From an uncultured candidate division Zixibacteria bacterium (GTDB lineage: Bacteria > Zixibacteria > MSB-5A5 > GN15 > FEB-12): 64,000 nucleotides of DNA. This document shows positions 1 through 9,479 of this stretch, in pieces (the first letter of the stretch is position 1; every line of letters begins with the position of its first letter). The stretch is taken from contig OY760907.1 of the NCBI GenBank assembly GCA_963664195.1, forward strand, positions 768,001-832,000. Reading direction: 5' to 3'. The notes under the pieces were generated by a model that did not search any database, was not told where the DNA came from, and saw only the letters and a list, made by a program, of their open reading frames with translations. The translations under genes and the position numbers were made by a program.

Positions 1-10
1 GAAGGGAAAC

Positions 11-400
11 ATGATGAATAGAAAGCTCATCACTTCCGGCTCACCGTACGAAGAGCCGATCGGCTTCTCACGCGCCGTGAGAGTCGGCAATGTCATCTCG
101 GTTGCCGGTACCGGTCCTATCGGTCCCGACGGCAACACGGCCTGTGTCGGTGATGCCTACGGTCAGGCGATGCGATGTCTCGAGATCATTAAGAAAGCTA
201 TCGAAGACGCAGGCGGCAAAATCGAAAACGTGATTCGTACGCGACAGATGATCACCGACATCTCAAAATGGGAAGAAGTCGGTCGCGCTCACGGGAAGTT
301 TTTCTCCGAAATAAGACCGGCCAGCACGATGGTCGAGGTGAAGGGATTGGTGCAACCGGACTGGATTGTGGAGATCGAGGCAGACTGTGTGATCGACTGA
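11..400 (+). CDS. RidA/YjgF/UK114 family protein
   Basis: 129 aa with GFSRAVRVG, VIRTR, RPASTMVEV and VEIEA motifs typical of the Rid family. Confidence 0.9.
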   Translation: MMNRKLITSGSPYEEPIGFSRAVRVGNVISVAGTGPIGPDGNTACVGDAYGQAMRCLEIIKKAIEDAGGKIENVIRTRQMITDISKWEEVGRAHGKFFSEIRPASTMVEVKGLVQPDWIVEIEADCVID

Positions 401-578
401 TACGGTGAAGTAGGCGGGCTACCCAAGCCATTGGCAAACAGTCTATTACGAGCGCGGTGAATGATTCACACGTTCCCCACATTTAGGAACAGGTAGCCGC
501 TAATCACTTGACAAATCGGGTTTGAAAACGTTCTTTTCAGCTTGATGCCAACCGCCAACTCGTCCAAAGGAGCCCCTC

Positions 579-1805
579 TTGCAAGCGGAAAACGAGGCGC
601 AGATCGCTCGCGTTGATATGTTCGATAAGTGTCGGTCTTTCACCACTGCCGAGGAAGTGCGGCAGATGGGAATATATCCCTATTTTCACCCTATTCAGGA
701 TGCTCCTGGTGACGAAGTTTTGGTCGACGGCAAACGTTGCGTGATGATTGGCTCCAACAATTACCTGGGGCTGGTCAACCATCCGAAAGTCAAAGAAGCT
801 GCTGCCAAAGCGGCCCTGAAATATGGTTCCGGCTGCACTGGTTCGCCTTTCCTCAACGGTACGCTCGATTTGCATCTGGAGCTTCAAGAACGGCTCGCCA
901 GATTCGTCGGCACCGAGGATGCCCTCGTCTTCTCGACCGGCTTCCAGACAAACCTCGGTTCGATATCCTGCCTCGCCGGCAAAAACGACGCCCTCGTGAT
1001 CGACCGCCAGGACCATGCCTGTATAGTGGACGCCTGCCGCCTTTCATACGGAAAAACCTATAAATTCGCCCATAACGACATGGAAGATCTGGACCGCGTT
1101 CTGACCAACGTTCGGAGTATAAACTCCCGAGGCGGGATCATGATCGTTGTCGACGGTGTTTTCTCGATGGAAGGTGACATCATTGATCTCCCGGCGCTGG
1201 TAAAAGTAGCAAAGAGACACAACGCGCGGATTATGGTCGATGACGCCCATTCCATCGGCGTGCTCGGCAAGACCGGAGCCGGCACCGCGCAGCACTTCGG
1301 CCTTCAAGATGAGGTTGACCTGACGATGGGGACTTTCTCCAAGTCATTCGCCTCACAGGGCGGCTTCATTGCCGGCGACAAACAGGTTATTGAGTATGTT
1401 AAGCACTTCGCCCGCGCGCTCATTTTTTCGGCCTCGATCACGCCATCGTCGGCAGCAGCCGTGCTGGCAGCCCTGGACATCACAGAAGCCGAGCCAGAAC
1501 GTCGAGAGAATCTCTGGAAGAATGCACGCCGGATGCAGAAGGAACTTCGCGGCCTCGGTTTTGATATCGGCAGGACGGCGACGCCGGTGATTCCTATCCT
1601 TATTGGAGAGGACATCGCCTGTTTCGAGTTCTGGAAAGCACTCTATGATAACGGCGTATTTGCCAACCCGGCTGTTTCGCCGGCAGTCCCGCCGGGGCAT
1701 GCCATGATTCGTACCTCCTACACCGCCACACAGACCGACGAGCAACTTGACCGCGTACTTGAAGTCATGGCCAAGGTCGGTCGCGAGAAGGGATTGATTT
1801 CCTAG
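579..1805 (+). CDS. spt: PLP-dependent alpha-oxoamine synthase, most like bacterial serine palmitoyltransferase
   Basis: IYPYF, GSNNYLGL, FLNGTLDLH, DDAH and GTFSKSFAS (PLP lysine); AAGGAG 6 nt before the TTG start; adjacent to a bCerS-like GNAT. Confidence 0.75.
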   Translation: MQAENEAQIARVDMFDKCRSFTTAEEVRQMGIYPYFHPIQDAPGDEVLVDGKRCVMIGSNNYLGLVNHPKVKEAAAKAALKYGSGCTGSPFLNGTLDLHLELQERLARFVGTEDALVFSTGFQTNLGSISCLAGKNDALVIDRQDHACIVDACRLSYGKTYKFAHNDMEDLDRVLTNVRSINSRGGIMIVVDGVFSMEGDIIDLPALVKVAKRHNARIMVDDAHSIGVLGKTGAGTAQHFGLQDEVDLTMGTFSKSFASQGGFIAGDKQVIEYVKHFARALIFSASITPSSAAAVLAALDITEAEPERRENLWKNARRMQKELRGLGFDIGRTATPVIPILIGEDIACFEFWKALYDNGVFANPAVSPAVPPGHAMIRTSYTATQTDEQLDRVLEVMAKVGREKGLIS

Positions 1806-1809
1806 TACT

Positions 1810-2937
1810 ATGGGCAATGTCGAAGTAGTAGAAGTAGAATCCCGAGCACAGCTCAAGAAGTTCATCACCTATCCGAACAAACTGTATGCTGGCGACAAGA
1901 ACTACGTCACCCCGTTAATAATGGAGCGTAAGGAATTCTTTGACACTGCACACAATCCGTTCTATCGGGTGGCGCGCACCAAGCTGTTTTTGGCGATGCG
2001 GGACAACGAAGTAGTCGGTCGTATCGCTACCTGCATCTATTACCGCCACAACGAATACCACGAGGAACAGACCGGCTTCTTTGGGTTTTTCGATACGCCG
2101 GACGATGAAGAGATTTCGCACAAGCTGCTCAAAGTGGCGATGATTACGCTCAAAAAGGCTGGCATGGACAAGATGCGCGGCCCGATGAATTTCTCGACCA
2201 ATCACGAGTGCGGATTCCTCCTCGAGGGATTTGACAGCCCCCCCATGGTCATGATGACCTACAACAATCCGTATCAGGTACGTCTCGCGGAATCCTTTGG
2301 CTTGAAGAAGGCCATGGACCTGTTGGCGTTCACGATCAACAAGGATCAGGGCATTCCGGAGCGACTGCAAAACGTGGTCGACAAGGTGCGGAAGCGGACG
2401 AAAGTCACGATTCGAAGCCTGAACATGAAGGATTTCGATCATGAGCTTGAACTCGTCCAGAAGATCTACAACTCCGGCTGGGCCAACAACTGGGGATTCG
2501 TACCGATGGATGAAGCGGAGTTTGCTCACCTCGCCAAGAATCTCAAGCAGATTGTTGATCCGGACATCGTCTTGATAGCAGAATGCGAAGGCGAACCGGT
2601 CGGCTTCTCGCTCGCCCTGCCCAACATTAACCAGGCACTCATCAAACTCAACGGCAGGCTGTTCCCCACCGGACTCGCCAAACTCCTCTGGCACACAAAG
2701 ATCAGGAACAAGGTAGACTCGACTCGACTGGTCATTTTCGGTATCGTTCCTCAGTTCCAGAAACGCGCCATTGATTCTATGCTTTTTATCGAGACCTTCC
2801 ACCGGGGGGTTGCCAAAGGGTACAACACGGCCGAGCTGTCCTGGATTCTCGAAACAAACGAACTCATGTGTCGCTCGGCGGAACAGATGGGCGCCAAACC
2901 GTATAAGAAGTATCGTATTGTCGAGATGCCGCTTTAG
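1810..2937 (+). CDS. GNAT-fold N-acyltransferase, YghO / bacterial ceramide synthase (bCerS)-like
   Basis: VVGRIA, GFFGFFD, GPMNFSTNHECGFLLEGFDSPP-MMTYN, NWGFVP and ELSWILETN motifs; starts 4 bp after spt. Confidence 0.7.
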   Translation: MGNVEVVEVESRAQLKKFITYPNKLYAGDKNYVTPLIMERKEFFDTAHNPFYRVARTKLFLAMRDNEVVGRIATCIYYRHNEYHEEQTGFFGFFDTPDDEEISHKLLKVAMITLKKAGMDKMRGPMNFSTNHECGFLLEGFDSPPMVMMTYNNPYQVRLAESFGLKKAMDLLAFTINKDQGIPERLQNVVDKVRKRTKVTIRSLNMKDFDHELELVQKIYNSGWANNWGFVPMDEAEFAHLAKNLKQIVDPDIVLIAECEGEPVGFSLALPNINQALIKLNGRLFPTGLAKLLWHTKIRNKVDSTRLVIFGIVPQFQKRAIDSMLFIETFHRGVAKGYNTAELSWILETNELMCRSAEQMGAKPYKKYRIVEMPL

Positions 2938-2983
2938 TCGACGGTTCGATTAAACAAAACCTCAGCCAGAACGTTCTGTTACT

Positions 2984-3532
2984 ATGCCAATAAGATCGAT
3001 CTTTTCACGCACTGCGCTCGCCCTGTTGTTTCTCACTATTTTCGCAAGCTGCACCAGCCGCTATCGCATGGAGCTTTTTGAAATCCGCGGCGAGGAGCAA
3101 AGAAAAATCAAGGTCGAAAAGACACAGTATATCAACGGCGGGATTCTCGCCGATCCTATGGCGACAGAAAAGGTTGTCAAGGGCAGAGGCAGCTGTATCG
3201 TGTTGAACACCGGCGCGCGAGGCGATATGGCTGACACCGACAAGGCGACTCTCGTCGGCTACGACAAGTATCTCCGTTACATGATCTATATGCAGCTCCC
3301 GGAGAACGTCCGGGTGGAAACCTATCCGCTCAACGACCGCTCCTTTGCCCATCTGCTGGGGGAATACGAACTCCCGGCTGAAGACAAGATGTTTATCTGC
3401 ACCGGGGGGAGTTTGGTAGTAGACTCAATCCCCAAGAAGCATCTCTACGGCGAGATCAAGGCAGACTACGAGAATGCCAAAGGCGAGCCGGTCACGTTCC
3501 AGGGCAAGTTCCGTGTGAAAGTCGCGCGGTAG
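2984..3532 (+). CDS. hypothetical lipoprotein
   Basis: 182 aa; hydrophobic leader ending in FASC (lipobox-like). Confidence 0.65.
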   Translation: MPIRSIFSRTALALLFLTIFASCTSRYRMELFEIRGEEQRKIKVEKTQYINGGILADPMATEKVVKGRGSCIVLNTGARGDMADTDKATLVGYDKYLRYMIYMQLPENVRVETYPLNDRSFAHLLGEYELPAEDKMFICTGGSLVVDSIPKKHLYGEIKADYENAKGEPVTFQGKFRVKVAR

Positions 3533-3543
3533 AGGTCGAGATT

Positions 3544-4068
3544 CTAGGAACTCTCTCCCGCCAATTTCTCTCGTACCGCTTTTTTGAAAAGCCCCAGTCC
3601 AACGTCATCAAACAGGCAAAACTGAATCCGTTGCACATGTTTGGCCTGTGACTTCCACAACCGCGCCGCCTCCACCATAATGTTCGCACACGGTCGGATC
3701 GGGAATCGGCCCACTCCCGTACCGAAAGCCGGCAACGCAACCGATTCAACCTTGAGCTTATCCGCGATATTGAGACAGGCAATGGTCGTCTGCCGGATCA
3801 ACACATTGTTCGTGTGAAGGTCCTGCCCCATCACCGCACCATGGATGACATACTTAAACGGAAGCTGTCCCGCTCCGGTGAAGATTGCCTCGCCGGGCAT
3901 AACCGGCCCCTTGGCGGTCGCTTCCTTCTCTATTATGTCTCCCCCCCTGGCCTTGATCGCGCCGGCCACACCTGACCCCATCCAAAAACGATTGTTGGCG
4001 GCATTTACGATTGCTTCGGTATCTGTCGCGGTAATATCACCCTGGATAACTTCGAGAATACAGGACAT
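3544..4068 (-). CDS. macro domain protein (ADP-ribose binding/hydrolase, YmdB-like)
   Basis: GDIT, AIVNAAN, GSGVAGAI, VIHGAV and PAFGTGVG motifs; true start taken as ATG 4068, overlapping the PAP2 stop. Confidence 0.9.
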   Translation of the reverse strand: MSCILEVIQGDITATDTEAIVNAANNRFWMGSGVAGAIKARGGDIIEKEATAKGPVMPGEAIFTGAGQLPFKYVIHGAVMGQDLHTNNVLIRQTTIACLNIADKLKVESVALPAFGTGVGRFPIRPCANIMVEAARLWKSQAKHVQRIQFCLFDDVGLGLFKKAVREKLAGESS

Positions 4069-4640
4069 CAGCTCTCCCCTCCGGTTTTTCGCACGGGGAT
4101 ACGCCCCATGACATACTTTCTGTAAACAATTGCTATCGTCAGACCTATGGTAGCACCAAGCAATGAACCGGCAAGAACATCCCCCGGATAATGCACGCCC
4201 ACATAGACGCGACTGATTGCCACAATCCCTGCAAAGCTCAACAGATATACGCGCGTCTTGGGATACAGGAGAGAAAACAACACCGCCTGGGTAAAAGCGT
4301 TGGCTGCGTGTGACGAGGGCATTGACTTCCCACCTCCACAACGGACCAGCAGGTTGATGCCGTCGAGCGTATGGCAGGGCCGAATGCGTCCGATCATTGG
4401 CTTGAGCAGACTGGATGATATCTGATCCGCCGCCAAAAGCGCCAGCAGCGAAAACAGAATCAACCACCTGAGCCGGGCGTCGCCCTTCCAGATAATGCCA
4501 ACAAGCGCGACCAGATAAACGCACCGCAGCAGAATATCCGAGGTGACTATCGGCATAACAACGTCTGTCACCGGATTGGCGAGAGTGACGTTCAAAAACA
4601 AGAAGACCGCCTGATCAAGGGCTGTCAATGTCTCAAGCAT
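4068..4640 (-). CDS. PAP2-family membrane phosphatase (undecaprenyl-PP / lipid phosphate phosphatase-like)
   Basis: K-x6-RP, PSSH and SRVYVGVHYPGD catalytic motifs. Confidence 0.9.
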   Translation of the reverse strand: MLETLTALDQAVFLFLNVTLANPVTDVVMPIVTSDILLRCVYLVALVGIIWKGDARLRWLILFSLLALLAADQISSSLLKPMIGRIRPCHTLDGINLLVRCGGGKSMPSSHAANAFTQAVLFSLLYPKTRVYLLSFAGIVAISRVYVGVHYPGDVLAGSLLGATIGLTIAIVYRKYVMGRIPVRKTGGES

Positions 4641-5571
4641 ACTGCCTCGGCTTTGATTTCAAGAACGTTTGCAACTGCGCGCAATTGGGAAGACCTGTCC
4701 GTGCTCCCATCTTGATACACTTAAGTGCCGCCACCGCCGCTCCCAGTCTCATCCTTTCAGCCAAACCGGCGCCCTGCAGAAGGCCGTGGAAATAACCCGC
4801 ATGGAAGGCATCCCCTGCCCCGGTCGTATCCGCCACCTTCACCTTGAACGCCCGTTGCCTGATAATCCGTCCCTTTTCATATCCGACAGAGCCTTTGATC
4901 CCGTCCGTCACCACGACCACACCCTTAGACTCCCTGCCAAGGGTCTCGACAGCCTTGCGTATCGTGCTCTGTCCGGTGAACGGCAACGCAAACGCCCCGG
5001 CAACCACGAGATGATCCACAAGCGGAATGATCGCTGAGACATCGTTGCGCATGGAGCCGACATCGAAACAGATAGTCGCCCCAACCTTTCGTGCCCATCG
5101 CGCCAGTTTCATGCAGGCTTCCATGTCACGACCGTCAAGATGCACCACTCGGGGGATCGGCAACCGTGCTGTCACAACATCGCGTGTGGTCACATGGATA
5201 TTTCGATTGAGAACCATCGTTCGCTCACCGCTCCCGCGCTCGATAAGACCAACGGCCGTATCGGAAGTTCCCCTTTTACATACGACATGGCGCATGTCGA
5301 CCCCCTCAGATTCCATCTCCCGAATCCCCTGACGACCGGTCAGATCATCAGCAACGGCCGTAATCAGGGCGCCAGAATACCCCATCCTCCGCAATCCAAC
5401 CAAAACGTTGGGTACGGGGCCTCCCCCCTGCACGGTCATCCCATCACTGTCGATCTTGGATCCGCTGGCAGGATACCGGGCCACCTCGAACAGCAAGTCA
5501 AACGGCATTATACCGAGGCCGAGACAATCAACCCGGCCGACCGGACTAATCTTCGGAAGTGATTTCTTCAA
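4633..5571 (-). CDS. PfkB/ribokinase-family carbohydrate kinase
   Basis: GGGPVPN and DTTGAGDAF motifs. Confidence 0.9.
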   Translation of the reverse strand: MKKSLPKISPVGRVDCLGLGIMPFDLLFEVARYPASGSKIDSDGMTVQGGGPVPNVLVGLRRMGYSGALITAVADDLTGRQGIREMESEGVDMRHVVCKRGTSDTAVGLIERGSGERTMVLNRNIHVTTRDVVTARLPIPRVVHLDGRDMEACMKLARWARKVGATICFDVGSMRNDVSAIIPLVDHLVVAGAFALPFTGQSTIRKAVETLGRESKGVVVVTDGIKGSVGYEKGRIIRQRAFKVKVADTTGAGDAFHAGYFHGLLQGAGLAERMRLGAAVAALKCIKMGARTGLPNCAQLQTFLKSKPRQYA

Positions 5572-6181
5572 CCTTCCCCTTCCCTGAACTCAGTTCGACA
5601 AAGGTCGCCACCAACCGTGCGGCCAGACTCTGCCGGACGCGAACCCGCATGGCGACAGTGTCGGTGAACTCTGCATCAATCACTTCAGCCCCGACGCCCT
5701 GCACGGCTCTGAGCCATCGATCGTATAGCGAAAACTCTAAAGAGAACCGATAGTCCGATGTGAGATAGTTTTCCCGTGTCCCCGCCAGATCCATCGCCGC
5801 CCGTGCCGCCTCGCCATAGGCGCGTACAAGCCCGCCTGTCCCCAGTTTGGTGCCGCCGAAATACCGTGTCACCACACAAAGCACGTTGGTCACCCCCGTA
5901 CCATTGACAACATCGTAGATAGGTTTGCCGGCGGTGCCGCCCGGTTCGCCGTCATCTGAGTACTTGAACTGCATCTCATTGCCTCGACCTACGATGTACG
6001 CGTAACAGTGATGATTGGCTGTGTACTCCCGCTTGCGAATAACGGATAGCCTCTCCAGCGCCTCGTCAACATCGGCAATCAGAAAGACCTCGGCAATGAA
6101 GCGCGAGGCCTTTACTTTGGTCTCAGCACTCGACGATCTCGCGATAGTGAAATATGAGTCTTCTATGGCGGGTTCGCTCAT
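5546..6181 (-). CDS. yigZ: YigZ/IMPACT family protein
   Basis: KASRF, HHCYAY, SDDGEPGGTAGKP and VTRYFGGTKLGTGGLVRAY motifs. Confidence 0.92.
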   Translation of the reverse strand: MSEPAIEDSYFTIARSSSAETKVKASRFIAEVFLIADVDEALERLSVIRKREYTANHHCYAYIVGRGNEMQFKYSDDGEPGGTAGKPIYDVVNGTGVTNVLCVVTRYFGGTKLGTGGLVRAYGEAARAAMDLAGTRENYLTSDYRFSLEFSLYDRWLRAVQGVGAEVIDAEFTDTVAMRVRVRQSLAARLVATFVELSSGKGKVEEITSED

Positions 6182-6187
6182 GCTGCC

Positions 6188-7093
6188 TCACACGAGAGAT
6201 TTGATAATGTCCTGAACGCCATCGTATCCGGTGATTGGGACTGCTCCGCAGTCCAGTGCCTGTTTCAGACTCAGTTCATCGGCAAAGGCACCAAACTCCG
6301 GATCAATCATGAAAAACACCAGCTTACCGATTTCGTCACAAAAACGGAGTAGATCCAGAATGCGGCCGCTGTCCTCGTAGGCTTCGGTGACAACAACCGC
6401 CTGGGACAACCCCACCAGCAGACGGTTCGATTGCTCAAGGTTCACGTGGACAAACTTGTTCTCGGGCGGATACTCGCTAATCACACCGCCGTTCTGCACG
6501 ATATCGATAGCAACCGGCATATCGTCAGTCCTGGCGATTTCGTCGAGTCCGCAGTTGAGCACGGCAAACGACGCTCCACCGGCCGTCTTGGCCGCCAGGT
6601 GTACGGCTGAGTCGATCCCTCCTACCATTGAGGAGATCATTTGTATCTTCTGGGCGGAAAACTGCTTCGCCAGCCGAGAAGTCATCTCGATACCCTCACT
6701 GGAGGCTTTTTCGGTCCCCACTAACGCGATCGTCCGCTTATCGGCATCGGGCAGTTTACCTCGCATGTAGAGTATCGAGGGTGGATCGTTCAGCTCAAAC
6801 AACAGACGTGGATACAGGCTCTCAAAGCGCGACAACAGGTTGATTTCCCGGTCGTTCATACTGCGCTCGATTCTTGCAGCCTCCGGAAGATGTGCGGCAG
6901 CGGCGTCGATACGATCGACCGTCGTCTTGTTGATACCCTCGATTTCCGCCAGTTCTTCTTTCTCAGCCAGGAATATGTTCTCGAGAGTTCGGAACCGTCT
7001 CAGTAGTGCGTCCATCAGACGTGGGGTCACGCCGGCGTAACGACACAGAGCCAGAACGCGACATGTTATTGAGAATGGAGTTATATCAATCAC
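6188..7093 (-). CDS. divergent DprA/Smf-like protein
   Basis: N-terminal HhH (LAEIEGIN), YPRLL-DPPSILYMRG, IALVGT, GGID and GGVISEYPP motifs; start placed at GTG 7093 behind a sigma70-like promoter. Confidence 0.8.
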   Translation of the reverse strand: MIDITPFSITCRVLALCRYAGVTPRLMDALLRRFRTLENIFLAEKEELAEIEGINKTTVDRIDAAAAHLPEAARIERSMNDREINLLSRFESLYPRLLFELNDPPSILYMRGKLPDADKRTIALVGTEKASSEGIEMTSRLAKQFSAQKIQMISSMVGGIDSAVHLAAKTAGGASFAVLNCGLDEIARTDDMPVAIDIVQNGGVISEYPPENKFVHVNLEQSNRLLVGLSQAVVVTEAYEDSGRILDLLRFCDEIGKLVFFMIDPEFGAFADELSLKQALDCGAVPITGYDGVQDIIKSLV

Positions 7094-7196
7094 GCGACAA
7101 TCTAATCGTTTAAGTCCCGAAGTCAACAACAGCCGGACCCGACTTGAAATGCAGCGACTAATTGCTTATACTTCGGCCCCTTGTAACGGAGAACTC

Positions 7197-8039
7197 ATGA
7201 CTAGATTATTTGCCGCTATCTTTGCGCTGCTCCTGCTCCTGTTGGCTGGCTGCAGCAAAACAAGCTCTGTAGAGGAAGCTCGCGCCGCCGGGAAAAAAGC
7301 GTTCCTCGATAAGAACTACACAGAGGCTCGCGTGCATCTTCGCCAGGCAATCGCCAGAGAACCATCGGATAAAGAACTGCTATACCTGATGGCCCGAAGC
7401 TTCCGGCATGACTACGAGTACGATTCTGCCCTGTTCTATCTGAAGAAGATCGACATACTATACCCGCAGGATAGAGAGGTGGCGACACAGATATATGGCG
7501 TGGCCAACGCTCTCGAAGAATGGCGGACTGTCGCCGACGCGATCATGGTCCTTGCCAAAACCGGTGACGGCTATGAGCGATATTACGGTGAACTGAGCAC
7601 CCTCTGGAGCAAAATGGAAAGCCCGTATAACGCCCTCTACTGGGGCAGCAGGGCAATCGAACGGGATCCCGACAATCCGACCTGGTATGTTATTTCTGCA
7701 AACGGTGCCTCGCTGAGCGTCTCACCGGATTCTGCCATCACCATTCTGGATTCGGCCATATCCCATTTTGGCGAAGACCCCCGATTCCTCGCCAACAAGG
7801 CTACTTTTTTGTCTCAAAAAGAGGAATACGGCCAAGCTGAGAAGATGCTTCGCCCGCTGGTGGAAAGTGATTCCACGGTCCTGATGTACCGTCTGGGGCT
7901 GGCCCATGCTCTGGCCAAACAGGATCGTCGGGCCAAAAGGAAAGAAGCTCTTGAACTGTACAGGAATCTCAGACCGCTGGTAGGGCCGGGATTCAAAATC
8001 GATTCGATTATTGTCGATTTGGAAGAAAAGCTCAAATAG
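7197..8039 (+). CDS. TPR-repeat lipoprotein
   Basis: LLAGC lipobox, helical TPR-like repeats, GGAGAA ribosome-binding site. Confidence 0.75.
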   Translation: MTRLFAAIFALLLLLLAGCSKTSSVEEARAAGKKAFLDKNYTEARVHLRQAIAREPSDKELLYLMARSFRHDYEYDSALFYLKKIDILYPQDREVATQIYGVANALEEWRTVADAIMVLAKTGDGYERYYGELSTLWSKMESPYNALYWGSRAIERDPDNPTWYVISANGASLSVSPDSAITILDSAISHFGEDPRFLANKATFLSQKEEYGQAEKMLRPLVESDSTVLMYRLGLAHALAKQDRRAKRKEALELYRNLRPLVGPGFKIDSIIVDLEEKLK

Positions 8040-8185
8040 GAAGTTGGGCAGGACTGCCGCCAATCCTGCCCAACGCTCCACTGTCCGTTTGGACAGAGAC
8101 AGGAGGGAATTGACTTGCCTCACCCCTTCTAACAATTTTCCTCCCTCTGATGTTTCCCCTCATACGATTATTCGCCACCACAAGA

Positions 8186-8217
8186 AAACGGCCGCCCCGG
8201 GGAAGAGCAGCCGTTTC
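8186..8217 (-). terminator. intrinsic terminator after the 8267-9406 gene
   Basis: GC hairpin AAACGGCCGC...GCAGCCGTTT with an A-run (U-tract on the minus strand). Confidence 0.5.
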
Positions 8218-8266
8218 TCGTCAAAGCCCTCGATCATGCGCATCGAAGCCTGTCCTCAGCCTATCG

Positions 8267-9406
8267 TTAGAAGCCGTCGTCGTAAAGGCGTCCGTATCCA
8301 GAACCGGCAGACAGTTCATTGCAGTCAATTTTCCAGCGAGCCTGGAACCAGCCACGGCCCAAATCCGGAGACGATTTGAATTTACCCTTGAGTTCACCAA
8401 TCATAGCACCGTCAGCATCGCATATCTCACCCATGAACCAACCGCCCGCGCGCCTGCGTGCGTTCTCACTGGCGTTTGTGCTCGGGTTGGGCCCCCAGGT
8501 ACCCTTGATAAGACCCTCGAACTTGCCGGCGCGGTCGATCCACTTGCCGTAGAAAACGTTGCTGCCGTTGTCATCCTGTCCGAAATGCCCCTGCACGTAG
8601 CCGACTGCCCAGCCGCGACGGTTGTGCCACACGCCGTTGAAGACACCGTTGCCTTCCTCATCGTAACCCCAGCGACCGACAAGATGTCCGCGACGGCACT
8701 GGTTGGGGAACACCTGAAGCGACTGGAAAGCCACCACGTTAGAGTCTTCGAGAGTAACCACGGTATCAAGCGCGGCCAACTCGTCGAGAGTAAACGTCTG
8801 CGTGTACGGTCCGGTCTCAAACGTCAGGGTAACCGGATCGCCCGGAATGGTGTCATAGACCACGGTCGTATCACCGAGCGTGTCGACGGCGATGATGGTG
8901 TCGACAACCGGCGGTACAAAGAGATCAACCGCGATACCGTCGTTGTGAACGGTCGTAGTTGAGAACCATTCGACTAGTTCGGGATCGGTGCGCGGGAGAT
9001 AACCGTCCTGATTTAGTTCGAATCGAATAAGGCGCCTGATTACCAACGCACCGCGCGAGGCGGTCAGAGAACCGGTCCAATCGGTCGGATCGGTGTGCGT
9101 CGAGTCATAGCACAATTGACCCCAGACAGCGCGGAAGTGGAACATTCCGCAATTGACATCATCGACCATCTCAGCAACTGCCGGCGAGGCAAGTATAACG
9201 TCGTCGATTTCTTCTTCCTCTGCCTCGGTTCCCGCAAGATCCGGATCACCAAATGCAGGCGATTCCGACGTAGCCGTATAGCCGCCGAATTCATCGGTCA
9301 GGTTCGGCGTATCGGTGGCAGCCGGTTCTGACGGATTGCTTGAACAACCGACGGCAAACACCAACATGGCGAACGCCAGCATTGGAATGAGTGTCTTCTT
9401 CAACAT
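8267..9406 (-). CDS. hypothetical acidic lipoprotein, beta-rich
   Basis: 379 aa; AVGC lipobox; GGAG ribosome-binding site; repeated G-x-F-x-G-x-W beta segments in the C-terminal half. Confidence 0.75.
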   Translation of the reverse strand: MLKKTLIPMLAFAMLVFAVGCSSNPSEPAATDTPNLTDEFGGYTATSESPAFGDPDLAGTEAEEEEIDDVILASPAVAEMVDDVNCGMFHFRAVWGQLCYDSTHTDPTDWTGSLTASRGALVIRRLIRFELNQDGYLPRTDPELVEWFSTTTVHNDGIAVDLFVPPVVDTIIAVDTLGDTTVVYDTIPGDPVTLTFETGPYTQTFTLDELAALDTVVTLEDSNVVAFQSLQVFPNQCRRGHLVGRWGYDEEGNGVFNGVWHNRRGWAVGYVQGHFGQDDNGSNVFYGKWIDRAGKFEGLIKGTWGPNPSTNASENARRRAGGWFMGEICDADGAMIGELKGKFKSSPDLGRGWFQARWKIDCNELSAGSGYGRLYDDGF

Positions 9407-9462
9407 TTTCAGTAATCTCCTATCACCGGGTTAATAGATTCCTAGCTCTTGTCGGGAATATA

Positions 9463-9479
9463 ATCAATCTCCGTGCCAA
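9463..9479 (-). promoter_or_regulatory. sigma54-like promoter (-24/-12)
   Basis: minus strand reads TTGGCACGGAGATTGAT, compared with consensus TGGCAC-N5-TTGC; about 55 bp upstream of the 9406 start. Confidence 0.45.

Noticed and set aside
1915..2802. Long antisense or alternate-frame ORFs (e.g. 1915-2802, 8150-8962, 22776-23753, 50969-51877, 53871-54677)
   Set aside because: They shadow well-supported genes and have no recognisable motifs, as expected in GC-rich coding DNA
4069..4524. N-terminal extension of the macrodomain ORF (326 aa call); similar extensions at 44101, 58383 and 60236
   Set aside because: The extensions overlap neighbouring genes or non-coding DNA and look non-protein-like; downstream starts fit family lengths
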